Source of the DNA: Azolla caroliniana
Taxonomy: Eukaryota > Plantae > Polypodiophyta
Assembly (NCBI GenBank): GCA_043228905.1
Contig: JBHGNT010000022.1
Location: 7,936,001-8,000,000, forward strand
Length of the DNA stretch: 64,000 nt
Direction of reading: 5' to 3'
A program made the position numbers and the translations under genes. Every line of letters begins with the position of its first letter. Position 1 is the stretch's first letter. Under the pieces are notes generated by a model. The model did no database searches. It was not told the DNA's origin and saw only the letters and a list, made by a program, of their open reading frames with translations. Below are positions 11,775-24,754 of the stretch, piece after piece.

Positions 11775-14700
11775 AACGGATGGGCAATTCTTTGTGTCTT
11801 CTCGCTTGCTCCCGAGACGATGGCAGACGGGCCCGAGTGCCCACGTGAGTCCCAAGAGGAGGAAGGCGGCAGCGAGAGACCAAGAATCATCGGTGAGACG
11901 ATACGGGGAAGGACCGAACGAAAGCCCTCGAACCCGATTCCGAAGAACTCGGCGTTCGGGCCCTTATGCCAAGTGAGACCGAGGAGATGGATGATGGTAT
12001 CGAGGAGTCTTGGCACGATGCCAACGAAGATGGATGGGAGAAGGCCCGCGAAAGGGTTGACGAAGAGACCAAGGGACAACCCGACCGGGGACTGAACCGC
12101 GTGACGCTCCGGTACGGGTGGAGCATAATCCGGTCGTGGATTGTTCGATTGGGGCCGGATTCGGCATAAAGGTGCCGATATGGGAGAGGGTGCGGGACGA
12201 GCCGCCCTCTTTTACATGGGGAGAAAGACCGACCGGGCGAAGGTCGAGAATTGGAAGGGAAGTGGTCAAGGGTTCGGAACGAGTCCGGAGAGGTCGGCAT
12301 CAGAACTGAAACTACGGATATTGGAGAACCAAGCCCAGGCGAGGCTTGGTTGATCACAGACCAGATGCTTCTCACCGAACGTACTTGGGAGCAGTACCTC
12401 GAATGAGCATCCGCAAATCGTTACGGGACGGAAGCGCCACGTCTTATCCGGAGACTCAGGCAGCCGGTAACGAGCGCCGACGTGAGACCTAGAGAGATGG
12501 GAGATGGAGGCGGGAACGCAGCAAGGAGAGCGACGACGAGTTCGGGAGAAGTACAAGGGATGAAGAGGAGAATGAAGGCCGGTCCTATGGAGATCCTTAC
12601 ACCGATCTGGCTGTCGGCCCGAGTGCTAGCGTGAGTCCTATAGGAGAGATCGGTGGCGACAGGAGAATGGGACCCGGCAATCCAGAGAATGACGGATGGA
12701 CCCGAACGAGAACCGGGCGGAGCAGACTTCCGGAAACCCATTCCGGGAGGGAGGAAGAGAGCAGGCCAACGAAGAGGCCGAGAACACGGTACATCGGTAC
12801 CACAGGAGAGGGTGTGGAGCAAGCCACCCTCTCGACTTGCGAAAGAAGGAAGACCCGGGATAAGGGTCAAGGATACGAGGAGCCCAAGGAGGATCCTTCA
12901 CACCGGATCTAGAGACTTCGGCAGTCGGCTGCGCGGTCGGCGTAAGACCAAGATACTGACGGTGGCGGTGGGGGGACAAGGGTGGGCAAACCGAGGTCCC
13001 ACGAAGATCCTCACACCAATGCAGCGGTCGGCCCGAGTGCCGGCGTGAGTCCTATAGGAGAGATTAGTGGCGGCAAGTGAACGTGAACAGACGACGGAAG
13101 TAGAGAAAGAAGGTATCAAGACGGCAAGGCGGCTACGAACCATCTTAAGCCTTCCGGCAAGGTCAGTGCACGTAAGGAAGTCCGGTCCTACAGGATCCCC
13201 ACACCGAACTAGAGACTCTAACAGTTCGACCAACGTGGCAACATGAGACCGAGAGAGAAGGCTGGTGGCGGCAGGAAACGGAACCCGGCTACGCGGAAGA
13301 CACGAGGAGAGTCGCGAATGACTCTGACAAAAGACACCCGAATTCCGGCAAGCGGAGAAACGGAGTCCGGTCCTATGGGACCCTCACACCGGTCTGGAGA
13401 CTCCAGCAGCCAGCTAACAAGAGTCGGCGTGAGACCTAGGGAGAAGGACGGTGGCGGCAGGGAACGGGACCCGGCGACACGAGATAGCGGATCAGGAGTC
13501 GGTAAGACGGGGGCGGACGGAGTGCGAAACCCTTACAGGCCGGTTACGGAAGGAGCCGGTAGGGGCAAAAACGGGAAGGTGTGTCGGGCCGGAAAGGCAC
13601 ACTTGGGACGGAACAAGAGTCTCGCAAGTGGCCATCGTGGGCCGGATCGAGGCGTGACTACGGGACGGTGTTCGACACGGGCGGTGCCGAACAAAGGAAG
13701 TGGAAGACGACACAAGGGAGGTGTCGGGAACGAGGTGACGGGTACATAGTGGACTGCACAGGGTCGGAGTCAGGGGACGACAATAGAGGCCGGAGGAGGA
13801 TCCTCCACACTCGCTTCGTAAATCTCGGTAGCTCCGTCGAAGTAGCGAAGACTGACACGGCAAGCCCGGGTGACAAGTTGGTGGGGGCGAGGGTACGACG
13901 GCAAGCGAAAGACTCAGGACCTGTTGCAGCAGCGCGGAAACAAGAAGGGCCAAGCGGGCTACTACGGGGTGTTCCTCGGATGCGGAGGACACTGGTATGC
14001 GGATGAGCGGCGATGCACGATCTAGCCGGGAAAAGGGGCCGACAAGGCGTGCAATGAACCGGAGTACGGCACAGGCAGTGCCAAACAACAGACGAGGGTA
14101 TGCGGCACACGGAGGTGCCGGAGTGGAAAGGCGAGCGCGAATATGGGTTCTGCGGTTCAGAGGTAGCGCGTAGAAGGCCAGAGAAGGATCCTCCACACCG
14201 TTCCGGAGACCATGGCGGTTTGAACCGACGCGGCGACGTAAGACCATGGAAAAGGAAGGTGGAGGCGAGAGGACGAAGGCAGCGCGAAGCAACATGGGAC
14301 GGCAATCAGGACAACACGAATGGTTGACGAAGGCCAAGCATGCCACTACGGGCGTCCCTCAAGCGGAGGACATCGGGCATACGGTGGAGAACGGAGTGTG
14401 CATACGGCCGAACAAGAGCTGGCGGAAGTACACGTACTACGGAGATCACGGTGAAGGACCCATCGACGGGTCGAACGAGCCTACAGGGAGGTAAGCGCGA
14501 AGGGAGAACCGAAGCCGACGGTTGAAACCGGTAGCGAGCCGGGATGCGGATTACGGAAGACCGGTTTCTCACCGGCTGAAATCTCACACCCTTCACCGGG
14601 TTTGGCACGTACCGGTGGATGTGCGGATAGGTGGGGGCGGATGTCGTGAAGATTTTCGTCCATAGGCGAAAACCGGGGTGGAAAGGGCAAGTCGGTGGTG

Positions 14701-15717
14701 TGCAACATATGCACACGTGTACTAGGAAAGGGTGTATAGAAATAAGAGGGGAAATTTTGTCCAACATTGTAAGGTCCCTCCCTCCTTGGGCTATAAAAGG
14801 AAGGGAGGGGTCACTTATGAAGGGTTGCCCATTTTGTGTTAGAGGGTATACCGTTAGATTTAGGGTTAGTTCTTATACTTCTTCTTCCTCTTCTTCGCGG
14901 TGTGGGTGGACTGTTGAGGGTTGTTGCTTCTCGGTCTCCTGTGCAAGACCCCGCTCCCCGTGACAAGCCCGAGAGCTCCCCGAACGACGGCTTGGCTACA
15001 GACTATTGTTGTAGCCTACCCTAGCTTGGTCTGGCTCGAAGCCGGGGTTGTATTCTTTCCCTTGTAATACTTACATTTGCGTCTGTCTGTGTACATTCGT
15101 GTCTCTGTTGGTGTCGGGTGCTTCCCCTTTCCTGCGTTTCCTGTACATAAGGGCGTGAGTCGGGTCGGCCTGTGTGTGTGTGTGTGCGGGAGTCGGTGTC
15201 AAGCGCGCGCTCCCTCTCTTTCTCTCTCTCCCTTCGGTTGCTTCCGGTGTGCTTCAGGGATGCCCCGGAAACGGTGAAGTACAACTTCCTACGCTCCGTC
15301 ACTCCCTAGTCCAAGACCCCCGTGGTCCCGCCTTTCTCCACACACGCGTGTAACAACGCAACATCGTCCAATAACCCGAAGAGACACGCAACGATTGGGA
15401 TCTATTACGGGCAGCCATGATTCGGAATTTTGCTCATCAAGACTCCTGCCAGATGGCCCTACAACAACTCGAGTTAATTGCCGAACAGCCACGCGAACCC
15501 ATTGCCTAGTTTGTGGTTCGATTTGTGCAGATCCTATGTTGGGGCTGACGCCAGCATGTCGGAAGACATGAAGTTGTTTTTCTTCTGGCCGCGTATCCAC
15601 CATGACCTCTGCCGATGTGTACGCGATCAAGGCCCGACGACACTACACGAAGCCATCCTCACCGCCCAACGCATCGAAGCTACAGACGCGCACGACATAC
15701 ACACACCAGGAAATCTA

Positions 15718-18700
15718 TGTTAAGAAAACGTGAAGAAGGCACTCGGGCTCTTCTTATGTGCACGGCGGATCGTGGTGTGCTGGATCGTTTAGTACTCAAA
15801 CACAGAAGGGAAGGGGGAAGGAGACTTAACTCTGTAGCAGCCAAAACTTCTTCTATTTCATTACACGCGGAGCTCTACTTGCTCTCGTCTGTTTTTCTCT
15901 TTTGCTCTCACTCTCTGAGTTCTTCCTCTCTTTCCTCACTATCTCTCTTAGAGTTCTACTTCCTTTGTTTCTTACTTACCTACTCTCTTACTTTTTACCT
16001 AAGTAATAAGTTACTTACATATGCAGCTAATTAGCTGTCTATAGCTAATTAGTTGTCAGTCGCTAAATAGCTGTTAGTAGCTAAATAGCTGTCAGTCGCT
16101 AAATAGCTGTTAGTAGCTAATTAGCTGTCAATCGCTAATTAACTGTTTCTCCTTTATGTTCACAAGTAGCTAAATAGCTACTATAGCTTATTTCCCAATA
16201 AGCATCACATACCATGTTGAGCTTGCTTCTCAACACTCCCCCTCAAGCTCAACTTATCCTTTCTTGGGGTTATCTACAACTTCTTTTCCATGATGCTTTT
16301 CAGCCATCATATCAATGTCTACAACTCCCATCATGTTCCGAAACTGTGTATGCTTTTCCACACTCAATCCCTTTGTGAGAATATCAGCAACCTACTGATT
16401 TGTATTCACATACACTAGATCAACTTCTCCTTCAATCACTTTTTCTCTAACAAAGTGATAATGCACTTCAATGTGCTTTGTTCTTGCATGGAACACTGGG
16501 TTTTTTGCAAGCTGAATGCTGCTCATGTTGTCACACCAGATTGTGACAGTACCATCTATATACTCTCCCAAATCAGCAAGCAATCTTCTCATCCATACCT
16601 CTTCACAAGTGGCTATGGCGGCTCCTCTGTACTCAGCTTCAGTACTAGACAATGCAACAATAGCTTGTTTCTTGCTACTCCATGAAATACCTGCACTTCC
16701 CAATGTAAACATGTATCCACTTGTGGATCTTCTATCTGTTTGGTTTCCAGCCCAATCAACATCTGTATATCCTTCCAGATTTATGTCCAAATCAGCCATG
16801 TAAAACAATCCATAGTTCTGAGTAGCTTTTACATACCTTAGAATTCTTCTAATGCAATCCAAATGCGGCTTTGTTGGCTGTTGCATAAATTGGCTGACTA
16901 ATCCAACTGCATAACTCAAATCAGGTCTTGTTATGGTCAAATAAATAAGGCTGCCCACCATAGACCTGTACATGTTTACATCTTCTATTTTGGCTCCCAA
17001 ATCAGCCCTCAATTTGCAGTTTTTATCTAGTGGTACTCCAATAGGTTTGCATCCAAGCATACCATACTTTTTCAACATAGTTGTTGCATATTGTCTTTGC
17101 AGCACATATATACCACTTTCAGATCTGATGATTTCAATACCCAAAAAATATCTTAGATCTCCCAAATCTTTCATATGAAACTGCATTTCCAAATTTCTTT
17201 TCAGCTTACTTATTTCATCCATGGAATCACCTCCAATGATGAGATCATCAACATAAATCAGAATCACAACAATACAATCATCTTTCCTTTTAACATACAA
17301 TGATGAATCAGCCTTTGACATTTTGAAGTCAAGTTTTTTCAGATAATCTGAAAGTTCTCTGTGCCATGCTCTTGGTGCCTGTTTCAGTCCATAGAGAGCC
17401 TTTTTTAGCTTACATACATAATCTGGATGCTTCCTATCTTCAAAACCTAGTGGTTGACACATATACACTTCTTCTTCCAAGTTACCATGTAAAAAAGCAT
17501 TTTTTTACATCCATATGATGAAGAAACCATCTTCTGACTGCACCTACAGCCAGTAATGTCCTCAATGTTGCCATCTTTGCAACCGGTGCAAATGTCTCAT
17601 CATAATCAATTCCTTGCATTTGGGCATATCCATTTGCAACCAATCTTGCTTTATGTCTACTTACATTCCCACTGGAATCATGCTTTGTCTTGTAGACCCA
17701 TTTGCAACCTACCACATTTTTTCCTTTTGGTAACTTCACCAAATCCCATGTTCTGTTTTCCGCCAATGCATCAATCTCTTCTTGCATTGCATCTACCCAT
17801 TTCTTCTCAGTTTTAGCCTCATCAAAACTACTTGGATCAGGGATCTGTACCACCTTAGACATATATGCATAATGCATAGCCATATATGTATCATAACCAA
17901 ATCTTTCAACAGTTTTTTTCTCTCTATCTGATCTTCTCAATTTTTGATTTGCATCCTTCAATGCTTTTTCCATACCAGGGATTTTCAATCCTCTTATACC
18001 AAGAAGATCATCCAATGACATATCTGAATCCTCATCTTCCATGTATTTAGACAAGTCATCCAACATTTCATACTCTGGCATTTTCTGTTTTCCTTTTTTA
18101 TCATCAAATTTTTTGTGTCCTCCACTTTTTCCACTCCAAGAATTCGAATCAGATTTACCATCTGAGCTTTTTGATGGTCCAGAACATTCTGTTGATGTTG
18201 GACTTTGTTGTCCAACCTTGCTTCCATCTCTGTGGCAGTCTTCTACATTTTCAGATTTGTCTCGGTCTTCAATCTCATTGTCTTCATCAGTCTCTGGATT
18301 CTGTTTTGGACTCTACCAGCTAGCTAAGTCATCAAAGATTACATCCCTACTTGTCACAATCTTCTTTGTTATAGGGTTATAGCATCTATACCCTTTTTGT
18401 TCTTCTGAATAACTAACAAAAATACATTTTTCTGCTTTTGGATCCAGCTTACTTCTTACTTCTGCAGGCACATGTACATATGCAAGGCATCCAAACACTT
18501 TTAAGTGTTCTAAACTAGGTTTCCTTCCATAGAAACACTCTTTAGGAGTTGCTTCATGTACTCCCGATGTTATACATCTATTTAGAATATAATTTGCTGT
18601 ATTTACAGCTTCTGCCCAATAGTACAATGACATATTCTTCTCTGTCATCAAAGCCCTTGCAATGTTCACCAATGTTCTGTTTTTCCTCTCAGCAACTCCA

Positions 18701-21289
18701 TTTTGCTGTGGAGTATATCTACATGTGAACTGTCTTCTTATTTCCTGATTGCATAGAAAATCAGAAAATTCATTGGAGAAATACTCTCCTCCTCCATCAG
18801 ATCTTAAACATTTTATTCTTGTACCTACCTGCTTTTCTACCATGCATTTAAACTTACGAAAACATTCAAACACTTCACTTTTCTCTTTCATGAAATACAC
18901 CCATGTTTTCCTTGAGCAATCATTAATTAAAGTTACATAAAACCTGCAGCCACCGATAGATGCATTCTTAGTTGGTCCCCATACATCCATATGTACCAAA
19001 TCCAACAAATTTTTACTTACATGTCTTTCATGAGGGAGTGGCAACCTATTTTGCTTTCCATATTGACATGCTTCACATATCTTTCCCATTTCACAATTTT
19101 TCAGTTTTGGCAGTCCAGCCACTGCATCTTTTCTCAACATATTCTTTAGGGTTTGCATACTTATGTGGCCAATCCTTTTATGCCACATTTCCACATCTGA
19201 GACTACACTCATTCCATTTGCAAACATAGCTAAAATCTGTCTAGGCATGTCAACATCCAAAATAAACATTCTTCCTTGTCGTTTTCCTTTTGCAATGAGC
19301 TTCCCATTCATTTCTATATAGCATCCACTTTGCTTAAACTTTACTTGCATACCTTGCTCTACTATCTGTCCAACAGAAATCAGATTCTTAGCAAGATTTG
19401 GAACATGCATTACATTCAACATATACTTAGTCTTTCCTTTTTCTTCCCACAATGGAATATCACCAACATGTTCTATTTGGTGAGTACTATTATCACCCGT
19501 CTGTACATAGCCAGGAATCTCTGGTTCTCTTAACCTTTCAAACCAATTTGCATGTCCAGTCATATGGTTAGATGCCCCCGAGTCTACATACCATGTAAAC
19601 TCTTCATTACATTTCTGTGAGCTTTTAGCCACTGCTGCTATCTCATGTTGTACCACAAATGCACCATCTTTTTCGCAATCTTCACTAGTTTGGGCATAGT
19701 TATTCTGTTGTCTCTTTCCTCTTTGCTCATCATTTTGCTTCTTGTAACATTCAGCCAGTGTGTGGCCTGGTTTTCCACAATACCAACAACCATCATCATT
19801 TACATATGTTTGCTTACCTCTACCTCGGTTGCTCCCCCTCCCTTTGTTGTTGTTTCTTCCTCTAATGGTTTGTTGTCCTCTTCCTTGATAACCATTATTG
19901 TTGGTTCTTGCTGAGCCAAATCTTCCATGGCCTCTTCCTGGGCCTCTTCCAGCACTATTATATAGGGCTTGCCCCTCATTCTCAAGATTTGCTTTATTTA
20001 CATCATCCATCTGATTCCTTTCTTCTACTACAAGCATTGAAACCAGATCTGGAAAGTTTGGGATACTATCCCTTGTAAGCATAGAGGTTTTAAAGCTTTT
20101 GTATTGAGGTCCTAAGCCTCTCAAGCATATTTCTACCTTATCATCATCTTCTATCTTTACATTGATAGAAGCAAGTGATTCACATATACTCTTTATTTTC
20201 AAGGCATACTCATTTATTGACATCTTACCTTTTTCTAAGGTATTTAGCTCAATCTTCAAATGTAGCTTTCTAGCTTTTGTGTTTACTGCAAACAGTTTTA
20301 CCAAACTGTCCCAAGCTTCTTTTGGGAGCATAGCATATTGTATGTGCCCAAGCATCAAATCTCTAAGTGAGAGCCAATGCATTACCTTCCTTGCTCCTTG
20401 ATTCCAGTCTTTGAATGCTTTAATCTGTGCTGCTGTGGCATTTTCTTCTGGGATCTCTTGAGCCTCTTCTAGGTCTCCTTCAATGTAATCCCAGTATCCT
20501 TTCCCCATTAGGAAATTTGTCATTCTAAATTTCCATGCCGGGAAATTGTTTTTATCTAGTTTCTCTGTAACTATTTGGCCCGCATTCTCTGCAGCCATTA
20601 TCTCTTCCAAACTAGGGTTTCTGCTACGATTACTTCAACAAGTAACTTTCTGATTCAGATCAGCAAACAGAGAAATACCTTTCTCAGATCTATGCACTTC
20701 TGTACTCTTCTTTATGAGCAACTCTGCTCTAATACCATGTTAAGAAAATGTGAAGAAGGCACTCGGGCTCTTCTTATGTGCGCGGCGGATTGTGGTGTGT
20801 TGGATCGTTTAGTGCTCAAACACAGAAGGGAAGGGGGAAGGAGACTTACCTCTGTAGCAGCCAAAACTTCTTCTATTTCATTACACGCGGAGCTCTACTT
20901 GCTCTCGTCTGTTTTTCTCTTTTGCTCTCACTCTTTGAGTTCTTCCTCTCTTTCCTCACTCTCTCTCTCAAAGTTCTACTTCCTGTGTTTCTCACTTACC
21001 CACTCTCTTACTTTTTACCTAAGTAATAAGTTACTTACATATGCAGCTAATTAGCTGCCTATAGCTAATTAGCTGTCAGTCGCTAAATAGTTGTCAGTAG
21101 CTAAATAGCTGTCAGTCGCTAAATAGTTGTCAGTAGCTAAATAGCTGTCAGTCGCTAAATAGCTATCAGTAGCTAATTAGTTGTCAGTCTAATTAGTTGT
21201 TTCTCCTTTATGTTCACAAGTAGCTAAATAGCTACTATAGCTTATTTCCCAATAAGCATCACATACCATGTTGAGCTTGCTTCTCAACA
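15718..21289 (-). mobile_element. Full-length Ty1/copia LTR retrotransposon; LTRs 15718-16235 and 20738-21289
   Basis: TG...CA LTRs; TSD atcta/atctc; PBS tggtattagagc (tRNA-Met-i type, 20726-20737); PPT gagggggag next to 16235; order gag-PR-INT-RT-RH. Confidence 0.97.
16260..20598 (-). pseudogene. Copia gag-pol polyprotein with a few stops and frameshifts
   Basis: CWYCGKPGHTLAEC knuckle, WYVDSGAS protease, LRSDGGGEY/NGVAERKN integrase, LYGLKQAPRAW and YVDD RT, WCDN...HARTKHIE RNase H; breaks near 18313, 17481 and 16392. Confidence 0.94.
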
Positions 21290-24200
21290 ATCTCAGTCAC
21301 AATCATACAAACACTATGCCATCTGCCACTCCCATGTACATCGACGTCCAGAACGCGCAATTACGCGCCAAGCGTGCATTGCCTGAACGAGACAGCCAGG
21401 GACGCCCCAAATGTTTCTACTGCAACAACTATGCCCACATTTGGCGTCACTGCCGAAAGTGGCAAAATCACCAACAGAAGCAGAAGGTTTAGGGTCCAAT
21501 TAGCCGACGCTGCCTCCCTCTCTGAGCTCCCGGAAAACTAATGTGCGGGGGTGCCATAAGGAGAGCCGCCCCCGCACATCCACGCCTCCACGTCATCAAC
21601 TTCTCCCGTTTCTCCCACGATCGAGCCGACCCTACATGTCCATGCCTCCACATCATCAACTTCGCCCATTTGTACCACAATCGTCCGCCTCCAACACATG
21701 ACCCAAGAAGTTCTCCTCGACTCCGACAGCAACATCTCTTCCATCAACGCAGATTTAGTCACCCAATTACAACTTCCCACGAACCACGCACCACCCATTA
21801 AAATCCTCTTCGGTGACCAACAACGGTTGTACCACTCACATACGCAAGTCATATGCATGCTCACCATCAGTTCCGGCCAGATCCAACATCGTTTCTACGT
21901 CCTCCCACGCTAGTTGTTCCCAATCACCCTAGGCAGTGATTGGTTCCTCCATAGTCGAGTCTGTCTCGATTTCTCCTCACAACAACTCATCCTCCCCAAT
22001 CACCTTCCGATCGCGCTCTTCCCTACTCCGCGAGATACCACCCACATCAGCAACACACAGTACCTGGTATCACTGACAAAGTGCATCCACGACATCCGAC
22101 GGCTCCTAGCCACCTTTCCCTCGCTGTCTACACCACCTACAAAACCTCCCTCGGTCCGTTTTCCGATCCACCACACGATTCCTATAGGCAACGCCCACCC
22201 CATCAGCACAGCTCCCCGACGTCGCTCGCCTCTCGACCACGAGCGCATCGACAACGCCGTCAAAACTATGCTACAACAAGGTATTATCACACCTTCCAAG
22301 AGCGAGTGGATCTCAGAGCCACACATGGTAAAGAAAGCGGATGGCTCTTATTGTTTTTGTGTCGACTTCCGACAACTAAACCATGTCACCACCCATGACC
22401 GATATCCTCTCCCTCGTATTGATGACCTCCTCGACCAACTCGACAAATCAAAGTACTTCACCTGCCTCGATCTGGCCTCGGGATATTGGCAGATCCCTAT
22501 GAATCCTAAAGATGCCCACAAAACTGCATTCCACACCAAGAAAGGCATTTTTCAGTTCACACGGATGCCCTTCGGCCTATCCGATGCTGGGAGCACATTC
22601 CAGCGAATGGCTAACACCATCTTCAATGATCTCATCACCCACCGCGTCGTCATTGTCTATCTAGACGATATTCTGATACATACAAGCACTTGGGCGGAAC
22701 ACCTTCAAGTCCTTCGAGAGGTCCTAACTTGTGTTCAACGCTTTCAATTGTAGCTGCAATGGAAGAAGTGTCGATGGGGTAGTACACACCTCCACTTCCT
22801 CGGGTATGTCATCTCCCCCGACAGAGTACAGATGGACCCAGAGAAGACGGAAGCAGTCCAAAAATTCCCACGCCCCACCACAGTCAAGCAATTTCAATGC
22901 TTTCTCGGCCTCCTCACGTTCTCTCTCCGCTTCATCCCACGGCTAGCCAACCTGTCAGCCCCACTACGTGCGCTCTTGCAAAAAGACGCACCCTTCCTAT
23001 GGACCGAAGTTTGCAAATCCAACTTCCTGTAGCTCAAGCGAACACTCCAAACCTCTGAACTCCTGGCCCACCCTAATGTCACGAAGCCTTTCTATCTGTA
23101 GACAGATGCCTCCAATGTTTGCCTTGGTGCGGTCCTGCTCCAATCTGACGACAATGACCAACTCCGCCCGATTGCCTACATAAGTCGATCACTTACCAAA
23201 GCCGAAAAAAATTACTCAACAACCGAAAAAGAGTTGCTCGCCATCGTCTGGGCATTCCATCGTTTCCACCCATACCTACACGGATCAAATACATCTGTCA
23301 AAACCGACCATCAACCATTGCTCTCCCTCATAAAGAAGGCTCATCCACTCGGTCGCTTACTCCATTAGGCTTTGGCGCTACAGGATTACACATTCACTCT
23401 GCGATATCGCCGTGGTCCCTAGAATATCGTCGCGAATGGATTATCCCGCATATCCTTTCAGGCGAACCAGATCGCCTCTGACACAATCGATTTCCCCATA
23501 TCCTCGTCCCAAATGGCCAACATGCAACAACATGACAAAAAATCCAAGACATCTACCACCGTCTACAAGCCGAGTCCACATCATCCCTCACCAAGCAATT
23601 CATGATCCAGGATAATGTCCTGCTTTTTTGCCAGGTAGGCAAGGAACCCCGGGTCTACGTGCCTGAGCAACTGTGCCTGTCTTACCTTCATTTCTTCCAC
23701 GATCACCCTTTGTCCGGCCACTTGGGTTTTCATAAGGTGCTAGACAAAATCCGTTGCAAATTCTATTGGCCGGGGCTACACCACGAGGTCGCCTCCTACA
23801 TCAAAGCATGCAACTTATGTCAGGCCATCAAATCACCTCAAGTGGCTCCATGCCTCTTACATCCGATACAAGTTCAAGCTCCCTTTGAAATTGTCGGATG
23901 GGACATTATGGGCCCCTTTCCCGAGTCACAAGAAGGGAACAAATTCATCCTCGTCATAACCGAGTACTTGACGCGTTGGGCTGAGATGGCCGCTATCCCA
24001 GATGCGAAGGCTATGACCATCACCTCCAAACTATTGGAGAAAGTCATCTTCCCCCACGGTTGCTCACTCCAAATCTTGTCTGATCGAGGACCCCAGTTCA
24101 ATAGCTAGCTCCTACGCCTCGTTTCTACACAATTAGGAATCCAACAATTATTCACGTCACCCTACCATCCGTAGACGAATGGATTGACGGAGCGCCTCAA

Positions 24201-24305
24201 TCGAACCTTAAAAGAACAAATCTCAACCTACATCGATCCATTGCACTCGACCTGGGACTGGATCTTGCCCTTCGTTACGCATGCCTACAACACAACTGTG
24301 GAAGT

Positions 24306-24377
24306 CCACACCCAAATTAGGCCCCTACCAAGCCCCCATAATTAGAAGAGCTAATTGGAGCGGGAGAACACCCTCCA
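24306..24377 (+). repeat. 72-bp direct repeat, copy 2
   Basis: Matches 9990-10061; abuts the truncated integrase. Confidence 0.95.
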
Positions 24378-24492
24378 CGGTAAGAGTAGTCTATAAAATG
24401 TAACTTGGAACGTAATGGAATAGGGGGCGATTCTTGAGAGCATTTCACATCTTGAGCATTTCACAATATCATATTAGCTAATAAATTATAAC

Positions 24493-24735
24493 TTGTGTTT
24501 GCAATCTGCCAAGTGTATATTTTGTGGCCTCGGATTCAAGCTTGAGGCTATGGATGTTGTGATTACACCGTGCTTGCACACATATCATGTGCTATGTGCT
24601 AAGTATCATTTTGAGAAAGAAAATACATGTATGGACTGTAAAACTACAATTGTTGCTGAATGGTACTATGCTTGGGATTTAAAACTACACTCGTACGATA
24701 TGTGGCTCTACTATTCTATTGTTTGTATTATATGA
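24493..24735 (+). pseudogene. RING-H2-type zinc finger fragment
   Basis: CIFC-x14-C-x-H-x2-H-x2-C-x10-C-x2-C spacing (CIFCGLGFKLEAMDVVITPCLHTYHVLCAKYHFEKENTCMDC). Confidence 0.7.
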
Positions 24736-24754
24736 TGTCAATTTACATTTGGAT

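Larger units (their letters stand above)
10062..15363 (+). mobile_element. Non-autonomous gypsy-derived LTR element; 5' LTR 10062-10840 (5'-truncated), 3' LTR 14642-15363
   Basis: Two highly similar LTRs; 3' LTR is TGTCG...CAACA and preceded by PPT ggataggtggggcgga; PBS after the 5' LTR; only a gag remnant, no pol. Confidence 0.92.
15364..24305 (+). mobile_element. Degenerate Ty3/gypsy internal region (gag 15364-15717 and 21290 onward, PR, RT, RH, truncated INT), interrupted by a copia element; no LTRs left
   Basis: Zinc knuckle CFYCNNYAHIWRHC (~21410), PR LLDSDS, RT YLDD (~22660), RH DAS/NYSTTEKE, INT HDHPLSGHLG..C..C, WDIMGP, SDRG; many stops. Confidence 0.9.

Noticed and set aside
11800-14640. 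Many overlapping 60-300 aa ORFs
   Set aside because: By-product of GC-rich repetitive DNA; no recognisable domains
9973-24380. Retroelement with ~80-bp LTRs (tgtgg...ccac)
   Set aside because: No PBS, PPT or TSD, the shared sequence does not start at TG, and the interior is truncated pieces of other elements
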